Shown piece by piece: positions 26,258-36,347 of a stretch of 59,605 nucleotides of DNA. The stretch lies in the IMG/VR virus record IMGVR_UViG_3300044615_000612, positions 1 through 59,605 of that record; one strand, written 5' to 3'. Each line of letters begins with the position of its first letter. Position 1 is the stretch's first letter. The DNA is from a virus (Duplodnaviria > Caudoviricetes). Below the pieces are notes generated by a model. It was not told the DNA's origin. It ran no database searches and worked only from the letters and a program-made list of their open reading frames with translations. A program made the position numbers and the translations under genes.

Positions 26258-28032
26258 CTGGCTCTAAGTCCTCCCACCATCATGCCGGGACGGGCGAGCG
26301 GGATGCGTCGCTCGGCCGCCCGCACGCGGTCGCGGTAAGCGCTGTAGTTCTGCGCGTAAGGCGAGCGCATCATGGCCGACTCACGGTCGGCGGCCTGCAT
26401 TGCACCCAGCCGCCTGGCTCGCTGGTATTCCTCTTCCGGCGTCGGCATGTATCGCTGCATGAAGTTATCAGCAAACTCCATGCCCGTCTGGTTGGCGCTC
26501 GCCATACCGGATCCGATCTGCGACGCCAGGTCTTTCAGCGCCCCAAGAGACGAGCCGTAGTCACGGCTCATGCGATCTCCAACGCCGCGGATGTCGGAGC
26601 TGCTCTGGCCGAATCCCTGGCGAGCAGCATCCAGGTACTGGCCGAAGTTTGTCGCCCCGCGGTCTACGTTCCTGTAGAAGTCGCCCATGCCAGTCCGCAT
26701 GGCACCTGAACCCTCGCGCCCCAGCGTCAGGAGGCCCATGAGCCCCTGGCCCATCATGTTGCCGTAGTCCTGGCGATAGAGGTCCTGCTGCCGATCCAGG
26801 CGGTCCATGGCCCTGAGATTTGCATCCAGTGCCTGGCCCCGCGTTTCGGCGTCGGCCCGGCCCAGGTCGGCCACCGCGGCGTTGTTGCTGTCCAGCAGGC
26901 TTGAGAGGGCGCTGGAACGATCCGCACCGATGCGGTTGCGCATGTCCATGCCCGCGGAGCCAAGCTGGCCCATGGCCGCTTCGTTGCCGCCCATCAGGTT
27001 GCGGGCCGTCCTGTCCCCGGCCCGTCCAATCTGACCCATGGAGTCGTAACCAAAGTCCATCAGCTGCCGACGGGCATCGGCGTCAATGCCGACCATGTCA
27101 GCCGTAGACATACCGCCCCCGCCGCCACCTCCCCCACCTCCTCCACCGCCACCGCCGTAAGACCCAGTGGCAATTGGCCCGCCAGGTCCTGAAGCTGAAA
27201 AGGTGTTGCCGATGCCACCGCCACCGCCGAACATGCCGCTGACCTGGCCGGCGACACCCATGGCACCCAGCCCACGGAGGGCGTTGCCCTGCATGTTGGC
27301 CAGAGCCCCCTGAGTACTTCCGACGGCGTTGCCAAACGCACCCTGGGTGGCCCCAAGAGACTGGGCCAATGCCTGTTGATTGGCGTTCTGCATCCCCATG
27401 AGGGCCTGCTGATCGGCCGCATGCGTGCCCTGGTACGCCCCCATGGCGCTGCCCAGCATGTTTGCCTGCGCCCCCTGGTTGGCGTTCTGCATGGAGGCGC
27501 GGGCGCCCTGGTTCGCCGCCTGCATGGACGCCAGGGCTTGCTGGTTGGACCCCTGCATGTCAGCCAACGACCGCTGGTATCCCTGCTGGCCCTGGCCCAT
27601 GGACAGAAGGGCCTGGTTACCCATGCCGCCGAACGACGCCAGGGCCTGGGTCCACATGTTCCCAAGCCCGGCCTGGTTGGCCTGGACGGCATTGCTCATC
27701 GCGGACATGCGGGCGGCCCGCTCGGCGGCCTGCGACTGGGCAAGATTTCCCAGGACGCCGCCGTATGCACCGTAGTTCTGGGCAAAGGCATTGCCCAGGT
27801 TGCTTAGGCCGGCGGACTGCTGACCGCTCATCTGGCCCAAGGCTGACCCAATGCCTGCGAGCCCGCCGGCCATGGAGCCGTAGTTGTTGGAGATGCCGGC
27901 CATCATCTGGCCTGGCAGCTGGAACATGGCCCCACGCGGATCAGGGAACTGCTGCGGCTGGGCCGGCATGTGCGTGACGCTGCCGCCCGGGAAGGCGTTG
28001 GTGATCCCGTGCTGGCTGATTGCAACTGGCAT
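26254..28032 (-). CDS. Gly/Ala/Gln/Met-rich pilot/ejection protein with hendecad repeats
   Basis: MQGSNQQALAS/MQAANQGARAS/MQNANQGAQAN repeats; poly-Gly; AGGAG SD. Confidence 0.7.
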   Translation of the reverse strand: MPVAISQHGITNAFPGGSVTHMPAQPQQFPDPRGAMFQLPGQMMAGISNNYGSMAGGLAGIGSALGQMSGQQSAGLSNLGNAFAQNYGAYGGVLGNLAQSQAAERAARMSAMSNAVQANQAGLGNMWTQALASFGGMGNQALLSMGQGQQGYQRSLADMQGSNQQALASMQAANQGARASMQNANQGAQANMLGSAMGAYQGTHAADQQALMGMQNANQQALAQSLGATQGAFGNAVGSTQGALANMQGNALRGLGAMGVAGQVSGMFGGGGGIGNTFSASGPGGPIATGSYGGGGGGGGGGGGGGGMSTADMVGIDADARRQLMDFGYDSMGQIGRAGDRTARNLMGGNEAAMGQLGSAGMDMRNRIGADRSSALSSLLDSNNAAVADLGRADAETRGQALDANLRAMDRLDRQQDLYRQDYGNMMGQGLMGLLTLGREGSGAMRTGMGDFYRNVDRGATNFGQYLDAARQGFGQSSSDIRGVGDRMSRDYGSSLGALKDLASQIGSGMASANQTGMEFADNFMQRYMPTPEEEYQRARRLGAMQAADRESAMMRSPYAQNYSAYRDRVRAAERRIPLARPGMMVGGLRAR

Positions 28033-28068
28033 AGTTTTCTCCTACATACAACTGTCCCGCTTTAGGCT

Positions 28069-28968
28069 TTAGCCAGCCAAAACCGTCTCCGAACCGGGCA
28101 CCCCCTCCACAAATTGGACATAATCCGCAGACCCGTACACGGGGATGAAGTTGACGGAAATCGACCCGTCTTCTCCGCAGGACGCCGTCACGGTTCCTCC
28201 CTTGAGATACGTCAGCAGGCCATAGCCAACCCGCAAGCGCTTGACGAAACTGATGCGCTTCGTCTGCCTCGGACCACCGGGCTCGCCTATGTAGATCACG
28301 GTGGTGACGCCCGGCGGCCCGGCAGGTCCCTGGAGTCCGTCCGCTCCGTCACGCCCGTCGGATCCGGGAGGCCCTGGTGGGCCAACGATACTGAGGCCAT
28401 CGGCGCCTCGCTCACCTGCTGCGCCGTCCGCACCGCGGTCCCCTCGGTCTCCCCTGTCGCCACGGTCTCCCCTCTCGCCACGGTCTCCCCTCTCGCCGCG
28501 CTGGCCGGGCGGGTTGTTCACAATGTTGATGATGGTGTCGCCAGCATTGTTGAACACGTCGCCCAGCCGTATGGTTCTACGATCTGAGAAATCGTAGAAC
28601 GCATCGCCGCCGTGGTTGTAGCTGAAGTCGTTGTATTCGTTGTAGGTGTTTGAGTCGCCGTATCGCGTGTTGTTGACGTTGTTAAACGTATTGTTGTTCA
28701 GGTACGTAAACTGATCGCCTTGGAAGTTGTTGTTGTTTGTGGTGCTATTGAAATTAAAAATGTCGCCGTAGTCCGACGTGTTCCAGTAGTCGCCGTTGTA
28801 GGTGCCACCACCGGTTGAAGGCGGCATCTGCGGGGAAATGCCTACGGTGCCGCGATGCTCCAACGGCTGATTGCAGTTGCCAAGAGCCTGCATCATTCCC
28901 CGCAACTGCTGGTCGCTCATGGAACCGCCAAGCGCCTTGGCGAGTGCCGGCATCAGATTGGTCAGCAT
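28069..28968 (-). CDS. Asn-rich, collagen-repeat virion protein
   Basis: N-rich tract followed by Gly-X-Y repeats. Confidence 0.8.
   Translation of the reverse strand: MLTNLMPALAKALGGSMSDQQLRGMMQALGNCNQPLEHRGTVGISPQMPPSTGGGTYNGDYWNTSDYGDIFNFNSTTNNNNFQGDQFTYLNNNTFNNVNNTRYGDSNTYNEYNDFSYNHGGDAFYDFSDRRTIRLGDVFNNAGDTIINIVNNPPGQRGERGDRGERGDRGDRGDRGDRGADGAAGERGADGLSIVGPPGPPGSDGRDGADGLQGPAGPPGVTTVIYIGEPGGPRQTKRISFVKRLRVGYGLLTYLKGGTVTASCGEDGSISVNFIPVYGSADYVQFVEGVPGSETVLAG
28433..28505. repeat. 9/18-bp tandem repeats encoding collagen GER/GDR
   Basis: CGCCACGGTCTCCCCT-type units repeated. Confidence 0.8.
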
Positions 28969-31883
28969 CAGCCCACTCCCTCTACCTGGGCGGAATAGAT
29001 CACCACTCCATCGCCGGAGGCTGTGGAGCTTTGTGTGCCAGCCATGGCAATGGCCATGTGCCTGTCGCCTCCGACGGCCCGGTCGTCACGCTTGCCTGCC
29101 ACATAGGCCCTGGCGAACCCGTTGGCAGCCCCCAAAGGAGAGCGGGCCTGCGACATATCCAGGGTCGCCTCGGTGCCGCCCTGCGTGGCGACGAATCCTG
29201 ACCCACGGTCCACGCTGATGGCGTTCTGGCGTGGCGTGGATGAGTTGTTGTAGTGCAGCGACAGGCCCAGGTTGTTGCTGCTTGGCGTGGGCTTGTAGAC
29301 CACGGCGACAGACCGGCTGGGCCCGGCATCCAATGGCAATGCGCCGGAGCGGTACTGATAGGTGATGTTGGATCCGCCGTCGGTCAGGCCGCTGTGCCGC
29401 ACCAGGCCGCCTTGGACCGTGGCCGCCACCTGGAGCCAGCGTCGGCCGATAAGTGAGAGAGTGGACGAGGTGTGTGCGACAGGGTGCTGCTCTTCCCACC
29501 ACGCCTTGGAGGCGACGCAATAGCAGAGAGCCCGCGTGGGCTCGGAGTCAGATGACTGGCAGTAGTGGAACCGCACCGTCTTCGTCAGGAAATCGGCTGA
29601 TACGTGGAACTTGTCGGCCTTGGTGAAGTCGATGATGTTGTCCCGCCAGTAGTCGTCTACGGCTGCGGAAATGGCCTCTTCTGTTTGGCCGTCAAACGCA
29701 TACATGCCGCTGGAGTCCACCAGGAAGGCGACCCCACCCATCACCGCCCAGCACCGTTCCTGAAGGATGCCACGGTACGAGGCCAGCGTGATGGACGCAT
29801 CGATGATCGGCTGCGACACATACATCAGCTTGTAGATGTGGGAAGTCTGAATGATCAGCAGTGAAGGCCCCAGCGGAATGAGCGCCTGGATGGTGTCTGC
29901 GGTGACGCTGTTTTCCTGGACCACCAGTTCGTTGTCTGCTGGGACGCTCTCCGGCTCATCGATCTCGGAGAACATCAATGAGTTGGGGCGCTGCCCCAGG
30001 ATGTCCTTGGCGTACCAGGCGCGGTCCTGGAACATGCAGGCGACTGCGTATTCACCAGGAGGAACCTCAAACCGCCGCGCGTTGATCTGCCCGGACGGGA
30101 GCGTCACCGGCATGAGGCCGTACATCTCCCGCTGGGTGTCGGTCAGGTCCACGTCGCTCACGGTGTCCAGGTACGTGCCGGTCCAGTTGGCGTCGGAACG
30201 CAGGATCTTGGCGACGCGGAACAGGACGGTGCGTTGGTCAGACGAGCTGCGCCACAGCTCCATACCCACAACCCGGTCGTCCAGGCCGTAGTGCGAGAAC
30301 GCCCAAGTCAATCCACCGGCACCGTCTTCGCACGTGACTTCCACCAGCTCTGAGATGGAGCTGTAGCATGGCCCGTTCTGGTTCTCCGGTGTGTCGTCGT
30401 AGTACCGCACGCAACAGTAGTACGTTCCACGCATCCGCTCACGGAGGGACGCCTGGGCCCTGGCTTCAGAGTTCGCCACATAAGCGGTTGGCGGAAGCGA
30501 GTACTGGCCTCCAGTGATCAGCGTGACAGACGACACGTGGCCGTCGGCATCGACTGAGGCTGTGGCCGCGGCATCGCTGGCTTCTGTGTCCAGCGGGTCT
30601 CGCTGGATAGTGACAAGCGGTGGAGTGAAGTAGCCCTGGCCAGAGTTGGCGACGGTCAGCGCCGTCACCTGATACCGCATTCGCACGCCAAGTTGCGCGC
30701 CAGTGCCGCCTCCACCCGTAATGGATGCCGTCACGCCGGTTGCCGTGGCGCCAGTGCCGCTGGCCAAGATGGAGATGCCGTCGATAGCACCGCGCTCATT
30801 GACCGACACACGGGCCGATGCCTGCGTCAGGCCCTGGGTGTTGTGGAACACCACCGTGGGAGACGTGGTGGCGTTCGACGTGTAGCCAGTGCCTCCGGCG
30901 ATCACGTCTAGGCTAGCAACCTCGCCAAGCAGGCCGGGCGTAAAGGTAGCTCCCTGGCCAACGCCACCGGAGATGGTGATTGTCGGCGTGGCCTGGTAGC
31001 CGTCTCCCACATCGGTAATGACCACGCGGTCCACGCGGCCCTGAATCACCACGGCACGGGCCTTGGCTGTGGTGGTAGGGGATCCACCAGTAAACGTGAC
31101 GGTAGGCACCCCGGCGTAGCCGGCTCCACCGCGGACCATTTGGACGGCACCGACGAATCGCCCAGACCCGGTCGATCCGGCGGTCATGGATGGTCCCACC
31201 GCAGGCTTGTTCAGCCCAATCGGACGGGCGTTGACCTCGGCCCCATATTCCGTAATGAGCGTGTCGCCGGCCTCGGACACCAGTGTGTCGCCTGCGACCG
31301 TCTCCAGGTCGCACTCGCCGTAGTCTGGCTTGGGGTACAGGATGTACCGGATGCCACGCCCCATGCCGTCCACGCCGTACACGTCGTTGTAGCGACCGGC
31401 GTAGAACGTCAGCGGCCGAATAGATCCCGTGTAGGCAAAAGCTCTAGCCGTAGCCCCTGAGCCGTTGTGGTAGAGCGTGGCGGCACCAGTCGTCGCAGCC
31501 GTCCCTGATACCACCAGCTGGGTGGCGTTAGAGAACTGCACCACGGAGGAGGTTGTGCCGCCGCTGAGAATGCTCGGCCAGGACGTGGAGCTGACCTCTG
31601 AAGCCAGCGTGACCGTTGTGGAGTTTGTGCCTGCGGTCACCGACTGAACGGTGACGCCTTGCGCCCGGGCGGAAATGGTCACCGTAGGGTTGCTGGTGTA
31701 GCCAGTCCCGGCGTTAGTGATGACCACGGACTGCACACGGCCGCCGTCGATGTGGGCAACGCCTTGTGCGCCTGTGCCACCGCCGCCTGAAATGGTCACG
31801 TCTGGCGGTGCGGAGTAGCTCGCACCGAACGTGCCCACGGATATCCTGATCAGCCCGCCGGCTGTGCGTGCTGCGATCTGCAT
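28968..31883 (-). CDS. Tail nozzle / DNA-stabilisation (P22 gp10-like) protein with inserted GxGYxxxPxVT repeats
   Basis: C-terminal FQDRAW...LMFSEIDEPES...AFLVDSSGMYAFDG propeller-type motifs; several GxGY repeats. Confidence 0.72.
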   Translation of the reverse strand: MQIAARTAGGLIRISVGTFGASYSAPPDVTISGGGGTGAQGVAHIDGGRVQSVVITNAGTGYTSNPTVTISARAQGVTVQSVTAGTNSTTVTLASEVSSTSWPSILSGGTTSSVVQFSNATQLVVSGTAATTGAATLYHNGSGATARAFAYTGSIRPLTFYAGRYNDVYGVDGMGRGIRYILYPKPDYGECDLETVAGDTLVSEAGDTLITEYGAEVNARPIGLNKPAVGPSMTAGSTGSGRFVGAVQMVRGGAGYAGVPTVTFTGGSPTTTAKARAVVIQGRVDRVVITDVGDGYQATPTITISGGVGQGATFTPGLLGEVASLDVIAGGTGYTSNATTSPTVVFHNTQGLTQASARVSVNERGAIDGISILASGTGATATGVTASITGGGGTGAQLGVRMRYQVTALTVANSGQGYFTPPLVTIQRDPLDTEASDAAATASVDADGHVSSVTLITGGQYSLPPTAYVANSEARAQASLRERMRGTYYCCVRYYDDTPENQNGPCYSSISELVEVTCEDGAGGLTWAFSHYGLDDRVVGMELWRSSSDQRTVLFRVAKILRSDANWTGTYLDTVSDVDLTDTQREMYGLMPVTLPSGQINARRFEVPPGEYAVACMFQDRAWYAKDILGQRPNSLMFSEIDEPESVPADNELVVQENSVTADTIQALIPLGPSLLIIQTSHIYKLMYVSQPIIDASITLASYRGILQERCWAVMGGVAFLVDSSGMYAFDGQTEEAISAAVDDYWRDNIIDFTKADKFHVSADFLTKTVRFHYCQSSDSEPTRALCYCVASKAWWEEQHPVAHTSSTLSLIGRRWLQVAATVQGGLVRHSGLTDGGSNITYQYRSGALPLDAGPSRSVAVVYKPTPSSNNLGLSLHYNNSSTPRQNAISVDRGSGFVATQGGTEATLDMSQARSPLGAANGFARAYVAGKRDDRAVGGDRHMAIAMAGTQSSTASGDGVVIYSAQVEGVG

Positions 31884-32149
31884 CAGCTCGGCCCCTGGGC
31901 GATCCGAACCACACCGTCACGTGACTGGTAGATGATCGATTCGGTGGGCGACGGGTAGCGGAACGAACGCCATATCCCAGACGTTGATCCCGTGTGCTTG
32001 CTGAACGACAGGGCGACCGTGCCGGGACGAACGGTCAGCTCGCCAGGCGACAGGACCTGGAGGTTGACCTGCGTGACCGCGGCCCCTGGCTTGATGCCGT
32101 ATGGGGAGGCATTGGTCACCAGGCCGGACCACTGATCAATGATGATCAC
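31883..32149 (-). CDS. Short protein resembling the N-terminus of gp10-like nozzle proteins
   Basis: WSGLVTNASP...VNL...GELTVRPG; GTGA start, TGATG stop. Confidence 0.6.
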   Translation of the reverse strand: MIIIDQWSGLVTNASPYGIKPGAAVTQVNLQVLSPGELTVRPGTVALSFSKHTGSTSGIWRSFRYPSPTESIIYQSRDGVVRIAQGPS

Positions 32150-33288
32150 GGTGAGCCTCCATCCACGCCGTCGGCCTGCGGAGTTGACCGCCAGCCGGAG
32201 AGGTCCCACATGACCCGCCTTGCCCCTGAGAGAGGAGCTAGTTGGTCGTTCTCCATCGCCAGGCGGAGGTCGCGCTGGTAGAGCGAGAACGCCTGGTCAG
32301 CCTTCTGGTTGCGGATCCGGGCTAGCCAGTACTCCGTGGCACTGTGGAGGCAGTTGGTCATCCCGGGGGGGAAGTCCACGGGGTCCGTGATCAGGTACTT
32401 GGCGGACGAGGCCGTGAGCGATGTGTTGACCGTCAGGCTGGTGGCGCTGGCGACGGCCGTAATCTTGGCCTCAGACACATATGGGTTGAGGCCGCTGATG
32501 GTCTCCGGGCTATCGGAGGCCGTGCCAATGCGAATGATCGATCCGACCATGGCGGAGTTGAACGACGTTCCCGTGCCAGTGACGGTGGTTCCAGAGGCAG
32601 TTACAGTCCCAGCCCTAGTTGCCGTCTCATGGCCTGAGTACCGTAGTTGCCGTGGTGAGCGACGGTAGGTGAAGTCGATCGTCTCCAGGCGGGCCGGGTA
32701 GCCAATAATCCTGATCGCCCAACCGCCAGTGATGTCGTCCCGCGTCACGGTCCAGTACGCCTGCGGGCCCTGGGCGTCCAGGACCCGTTCGATCTTCATT
32801 GCCTCGTCCTGGGACACGTAGCTGAATGCCGACCAACTGTGTTCGTCGATCGGCTTGTCCAGGTTGCGGAAGTCGGTTGGCAGCGGATAGAGAGTGCGGT
32901 AGAGCAGGGCGACCGTGGAGGTGCTGAAGTCCTCCGGGTAGGTCAGCGCACTGTCCAGCACCAGGACGCTAGAGCTGGTCCTAGTGGCCACCTTGGCGAT
33001 CACGTCATTGATGCGGATGAAGCAGTAGGCGGCGCCGGCCGGAAATGGATCGCCTACGGTCTTGGTGATCGTCCTGGTGGAGGCGACGAACGTGACCTCG
33101 CCCTGCCACGCCGGTTCAATGACCACGCGGCCGGTCTGCTGGTGGAACTCCCAGTCCTTGATCCAGCCCAGCTCTTGGTAGGCACGCTGCACAGCGGTGC
33201 GGATGTCCCTCTGCTCCGCATCCTGAGCGCCGCCACCGGATGTGGTGATGAGGTTCTCAACCAGATCGTAGTAGGTTTGGTATGGCAT
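32146..33288 (-). CDS. Head-tail adaptor / tail tubular protein A-like, with inserted Thr/Gly-rich beta domain
   Basis: AVQRAYQEL...W.F, YPLPTDF, GTVTASGTTVTGTGTSF; gene position. Confidence 0.68.
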   Translation of the reverse strand: MPYQTYYDLVENLITTSGGGAQDAEQRDIRTAVQRAYQELGWIKDWEFHQQTGRVVIEPAWQGEVTFVASTRTITKTVGDPFPAGAAYCFIRINDVIAKVATRTSSSVLVLDSALTYPEDFSTSTVALLYRTLYPLPTDFRNLDKPIDEHSWSAFSYVSQDEAMKIERVLDAQGPQAYWTVTRDDITGGWAIRIIGYPARLETIDFTYRRSPRQLRYSGHETATRAGTVTASGTTVTGTGTSFNSAMVGSIIRIGTASDSPETISGLNPYVSEAKITAVASATSLTVNTSLTASSAKYLITDPVDFPPGMTNCLHSATEYWLARIRNQKADQAFSLYQRDLRLAMENDQLAPLSGARRVMWDLSGWRSTPQADGVDGGSP

Positions 33289-33291
33289 TCG

Positions 33292-33600
33292 TCACCCAGC
33301 AACCACGCCCTCTGCCACGCCGACCTTCGCCACATACGCCATGAGCGCCCCCACCGCCGCCGCGAGGTCCGCGTCTGCCTCCGCTCCCGCGAGCAGGTCG
33401 CGCACGTGCAGCCGCACCGGCTCGGCCGGTGCCTCTTCGACGCCGGTCTCGGTGGTGCGGAAACGGACGAGTGTCACACGGGCTTCGGCTTCGCCGCCTG
33501 TCACGCTGGACAAGACGATTTCACGCACCCACAGCTTGTCGAACAGTTTTGCAGGCACGTCCAGCGGCTCGGCGCAGTACAGCGTGGGGATGTCAGCCAT
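33292..33600 (-). CDS. Small protein after the tail fibre (possible fibre chaperone)
   Basis: Gene position; GAGGAG SD. Confidence 0.6.
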   Translation of the reverse strand: MADIPTLYCAEPLDVPAKLFDKLWVREIVLSSVTGGEAEARVTLVRFRTTETGVEEAPAEPVRLHVRDLLAGAEADADLAAAVGALMAYVAKVGVAEGVVAG

Positions 33601-35425
33601 TGATCCTCTCCTCTAGTGCGGCGATGCGTGCGTTGGATTCTTGCAGTGCCTTGACGAGCAGCGGGATCAGCGTCTGGTACGCGACAGACAGATACTCCGT
33701 GCCCTGCTGGACAACGCCGTCTAGGTACGGCTGACCAGCCAATGCCTGTTGAAGGTCTTGTGCAATGAAGCCCGGCTGGATGCTTTGATCCTTGCTCCAT
33801 GATTCCTTGTAACGGAATGTCACGGGCCGCAGAGCCTCTATCACGTCGGTGCATGACGACAGCGGAGCGATGTCGTTCTTGATTCGTTCGTCGGAGCCGT
33901 TGACATACGCGCCAGCACCCCACACTCCGGTGCCGTTGCATTGGAGGTTGTATGCGCCTTGGTCGGTGACGCCGACGATGACCTCGCCCGTGCTATTGAC
34001 GCGAATGCGCTCGGCCGTAGCAGTTTCGTCATACAGGAAAAACTCACCGCCAAATCCGCCGCCGCGATACCCGCTCCCGGCGGTGCCGAAAATCCATGAA
34101 CGCGCACCTGTGCCGTCGTAATCGCATCGCACAGACGCCGACCCGGTGCCGTCCTGCTCTACGTGCAGCACGCCGTCGTCGGCGTTATTTGCCCTAATGT
34201 GGCACGGACTGGAAGGCGATCCCCCAATCCCCACATTCCCCGACGCATCAATCCGCACCCGCTCGCCAATAGCCGAGCCGTTCCACGTCGAAAACGCCAG
34301 AGACGACGCACCGCCCCCACCTGTGTTGATGCAATCTATTGCGCCATTTGGCGTACCGCCGACAGACGCTCCAGAGTCGGTGAGAAAGGAAATTCTGCAC
34401 GCATTGCTGGTCGCCAGTGACGCCGTGTTTCGCAGCACCATTTCAGGCCCGGTCGTCCCGCTGGCGGACTTGGAGATGATGACGTAGCCGCTCGCATCCA
34501 CGCGCAGCCGCTCGGTGCCATTTGTGACCCACGCCGCAACGTCAGCAGACGGGAAATACAGCCCCGTATTTGGATCGCCGCTCGGTGCCACGCTGCACGC
34601 TGAGACGCTGCCTGCGGATACAAGCAGTTGATTCTCTAGCGTGACGTTACCCGTCGCCCGCGCGATGGAGATCGGCGTGCCCAAAAAACTGCCAGCGTCC
34701 GACCATCGCGTGATCCAAAACGTGGAGCCGACGTTGCTGCCGCTCTCAGCGTCGAATCCCGGCCCAACCTCCCAGCGTGTGCTGCCGCTGGTCTGCATCC
34801 GCAGTTGACGGACGTTGCCTGCGACGGTGCCGGTGAGGACGGCCCCCGCCTGCCCGACGATCTGCCCCGCGAACGTGGCGGTCTGGCTTGTGCCGACGGT
34901 GATAGCGGACGTTCCGCCGTTGCTCTGGATGGTGACCGTCGATCCATTGAGGATCAGCGGCTGATACGAACCGACACCTGTGTTGTCTACGCCTTCGATT
35001 CGCGTGCCGTCCGTGCTGGTGTTGAAACGCACGCCTTTGGTAGCGCCATTGACGAGAAGCGACGTAGCGGAATCGCTGCTGTTTACCCGCGCGTTGCCCG
35101 TAAACGTAGGACTCGCCGTCGGCTGCACGGAGAGCGTGGTGCGTGCCGTCGCGGCGTCGGCGTCGTCCAGCAGGGTGCGAGCGAACGCCGTGCAGGTGAT
35201 CTCCTCCGCACTGCCGGCGCCGGCGGAGGAGCGGCCCAGCAACTTGTCGGTCGCCGTCACGTAGGGCGTGACATAGGAGAGCGAGGAGTATGCGGTGCTG
35301 CCATCACCCAGCTTGAACCGACGGGTATCCGTTTCAAACACAAGCTCCCCGGCCGCTGGCGTGGGGTTAGCCGACGCCACCGCAGAGGCGGTGCCACGCT
35401 TGTGCTTGATCTTGATGGTCATCAA
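33593..35425 (-). CDS. Tail fibre with Mtd-N/hyaluronidase-type N-terminus and C-terminal S74 intramolecular chaperone
   Basis: KRGT...NPTPAAGELVFETDTRRFKLGDG; ERxRxDASG repeats; SDERIKNDI...GFIAQDL...LIPLLVKALQE. Confidence 0.9.
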   Translation of the reverse strand: MMTIKIKHKRGTASAVASANPTPAAGELVFETDTRRFKLGDGSTAYSSLSYVTPYVTATDKLLGRSSAGAGSAEEITCTAFARTLLDDADAATARTTLSVQPTASPTFTGNARVNSSDSATSLLVNGATKGVRFNTSTDGTRIEGVDNTGVGSYQPLILNGSTVTIQSNGGTSAITVGTSQTATFAGQIVGQAGAVLTGTVAGNVRQLRMQTSGSTRWEVGPGFDAESGSNVGSTFWITRWSDAGSFLGTPISIARATGNVTLENQLLVSAGSVSACSVAPSGDPNTGLYFPSADVAAWVTNGTERLRVDASGYVIISKSASGTTGPEMVLRNTASLATSNACRISFLTDSGASVGGTPNGAIDCINTGGGGASSLAFSTWNGSAIGERVRIDASGNVGIGGSPSSPCHIRANNADDGVLHVEQDGTGSASVRCDYDGTGARSWIFGTAGSGYRGGGFGGEFFLYDETATAERIRVNSTGEVIVGVTDQGAYNLQCNGTGVWGAGAYVNGSDERIKNDIAPLSSCTDVIEALRPVTFRYKESWSKDQSIQPGFIAQDLQQALAGQPYLDGVVQQGTEYLSVAYQTLIPLLVKALQESNARIAALEERING

Positions 35426-36042
35426 TAGCTGCCGCCGTCCAACTCCGTCGCCCAGGAGATGGTGTCGGTGCTGGCCGTGTAGTACAGGACGCCGTTGCTG
35501 GTGCCGCCGCCATCCAGGGCGCTGATGGTGTTGGTGTCATTGGCGACCAACACAGTGCCCTTGGCAGCGGAAGTCAGGCCGGTGCCGCCTTTGGACACCC
35601 CAATGGACACGCCATTCCACGTGCCACTGACGTTGCCGCTGGCGGTCACGTCGGTGCAGGACAGGTCACCCGTCCCCAGGCTGATGTCCTTGTTGGCATC
35701 AACGATCAGGGCTTTGGACGCTGTAGCGGTGCCGGCCGTGACGCCGGCCAGCGTATTCAGCTCAGCCGCGGTGGATGTGACCGACGTACCGCCGATCTTG
35801 AACGTCCCGGACAGGTTGACTGTGCCGGAGAACGTGTAGGTGCCACTGGCCGTCTGCGTGGCCGTCAGGCTGAGAAACGCCCCAGGCCCGCCAATAGCCA
35901 GAACGGACGCACCGCCGCCGGATCCCTTGCCGATGTGCAGGATGTCATCGACTTCAGAGAACGCCAGCTCTGACTGGGCGAGCGTGCTGGGCGCCCCACT
36001 CGCACCGCCGGTCGCACGCCTCTTGATCCGCAACGTAGCCAT
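35422..36042 (-). CDS. Short tail fibre/spike-like protein
   Basis: LRIKR...GAPSTLAQSELA; TAAELNTL; SKGGTG; LDGGSY end. Confidence 0.75.
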   Translation of the reverse strand: MATLRIKRRATGGASGAPSTLAQSELAFSEVDDILHIGKGSGGGASVLAIGGPGAFLSLTATQTASGTYTFSGTVNLSGTFKIGGTSVTSTAAELNTLAGVTAGTATASKALIVDANKDISLGTGDLSCTDVTASGNVSGTWNGVSIGVSKGGTGLTSAAKGTVLVANDTNTISALDGGGTSNGVLYYTASTDTISWATELDGGSY

Positions 36043-36332
36043 TAGAAATCACCTCCGTTGACAACTTCCTGCTCTGGATAGTTACGCCATTTCCCTGACG
36101 AGTAACGCAGCACATCACCCGTTTGGACGCTGGTCAGCTCAAACTCAGTGATGTTGTCCAGGCTGGCGGAGGCGGTGTAGTACGGCAGGGCATTCCATGC
36201 CGTTTCACCGTCACCAATTTTGAACTGGTTGGTATCCAGTTCCAAACCGAGTTCGCCCGCCAGCAGGACGGGGTTGCGCTCTGTCCAGGTAACCGCGAGA
36301 CCCCGGCGGAGTTGAAGGCGGTTTCTGCTCAT
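36042..36332 (-). CDS. Mtd-N domain minor fibre protein
   Basis: LQLRRG...NPVLLAGELGLELDTNQFKIGDG...WNALPY. Confidence 0.82.
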   Translation of the reverse strand: MSRNRLQLRRGLAVTWTERNPVLLAGELGLELDTNQFKIGDGETAWNALPYYTASASLDNITEFELTSVQTGDVLRYSSGKWRNYPEQEVVNGGDF

Positions 36333-36347
36333 GGCGTACCCTGGTAT

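Noticed and set aside
33593-36332. Diversity-generating retroelement suggested by Mtd-N domains and by mismatched repeat copies
   Set aside because: No reverse transcriptase ORF and no TR/VR pair; mismatches in the terminal repeat are not adenine-specific.
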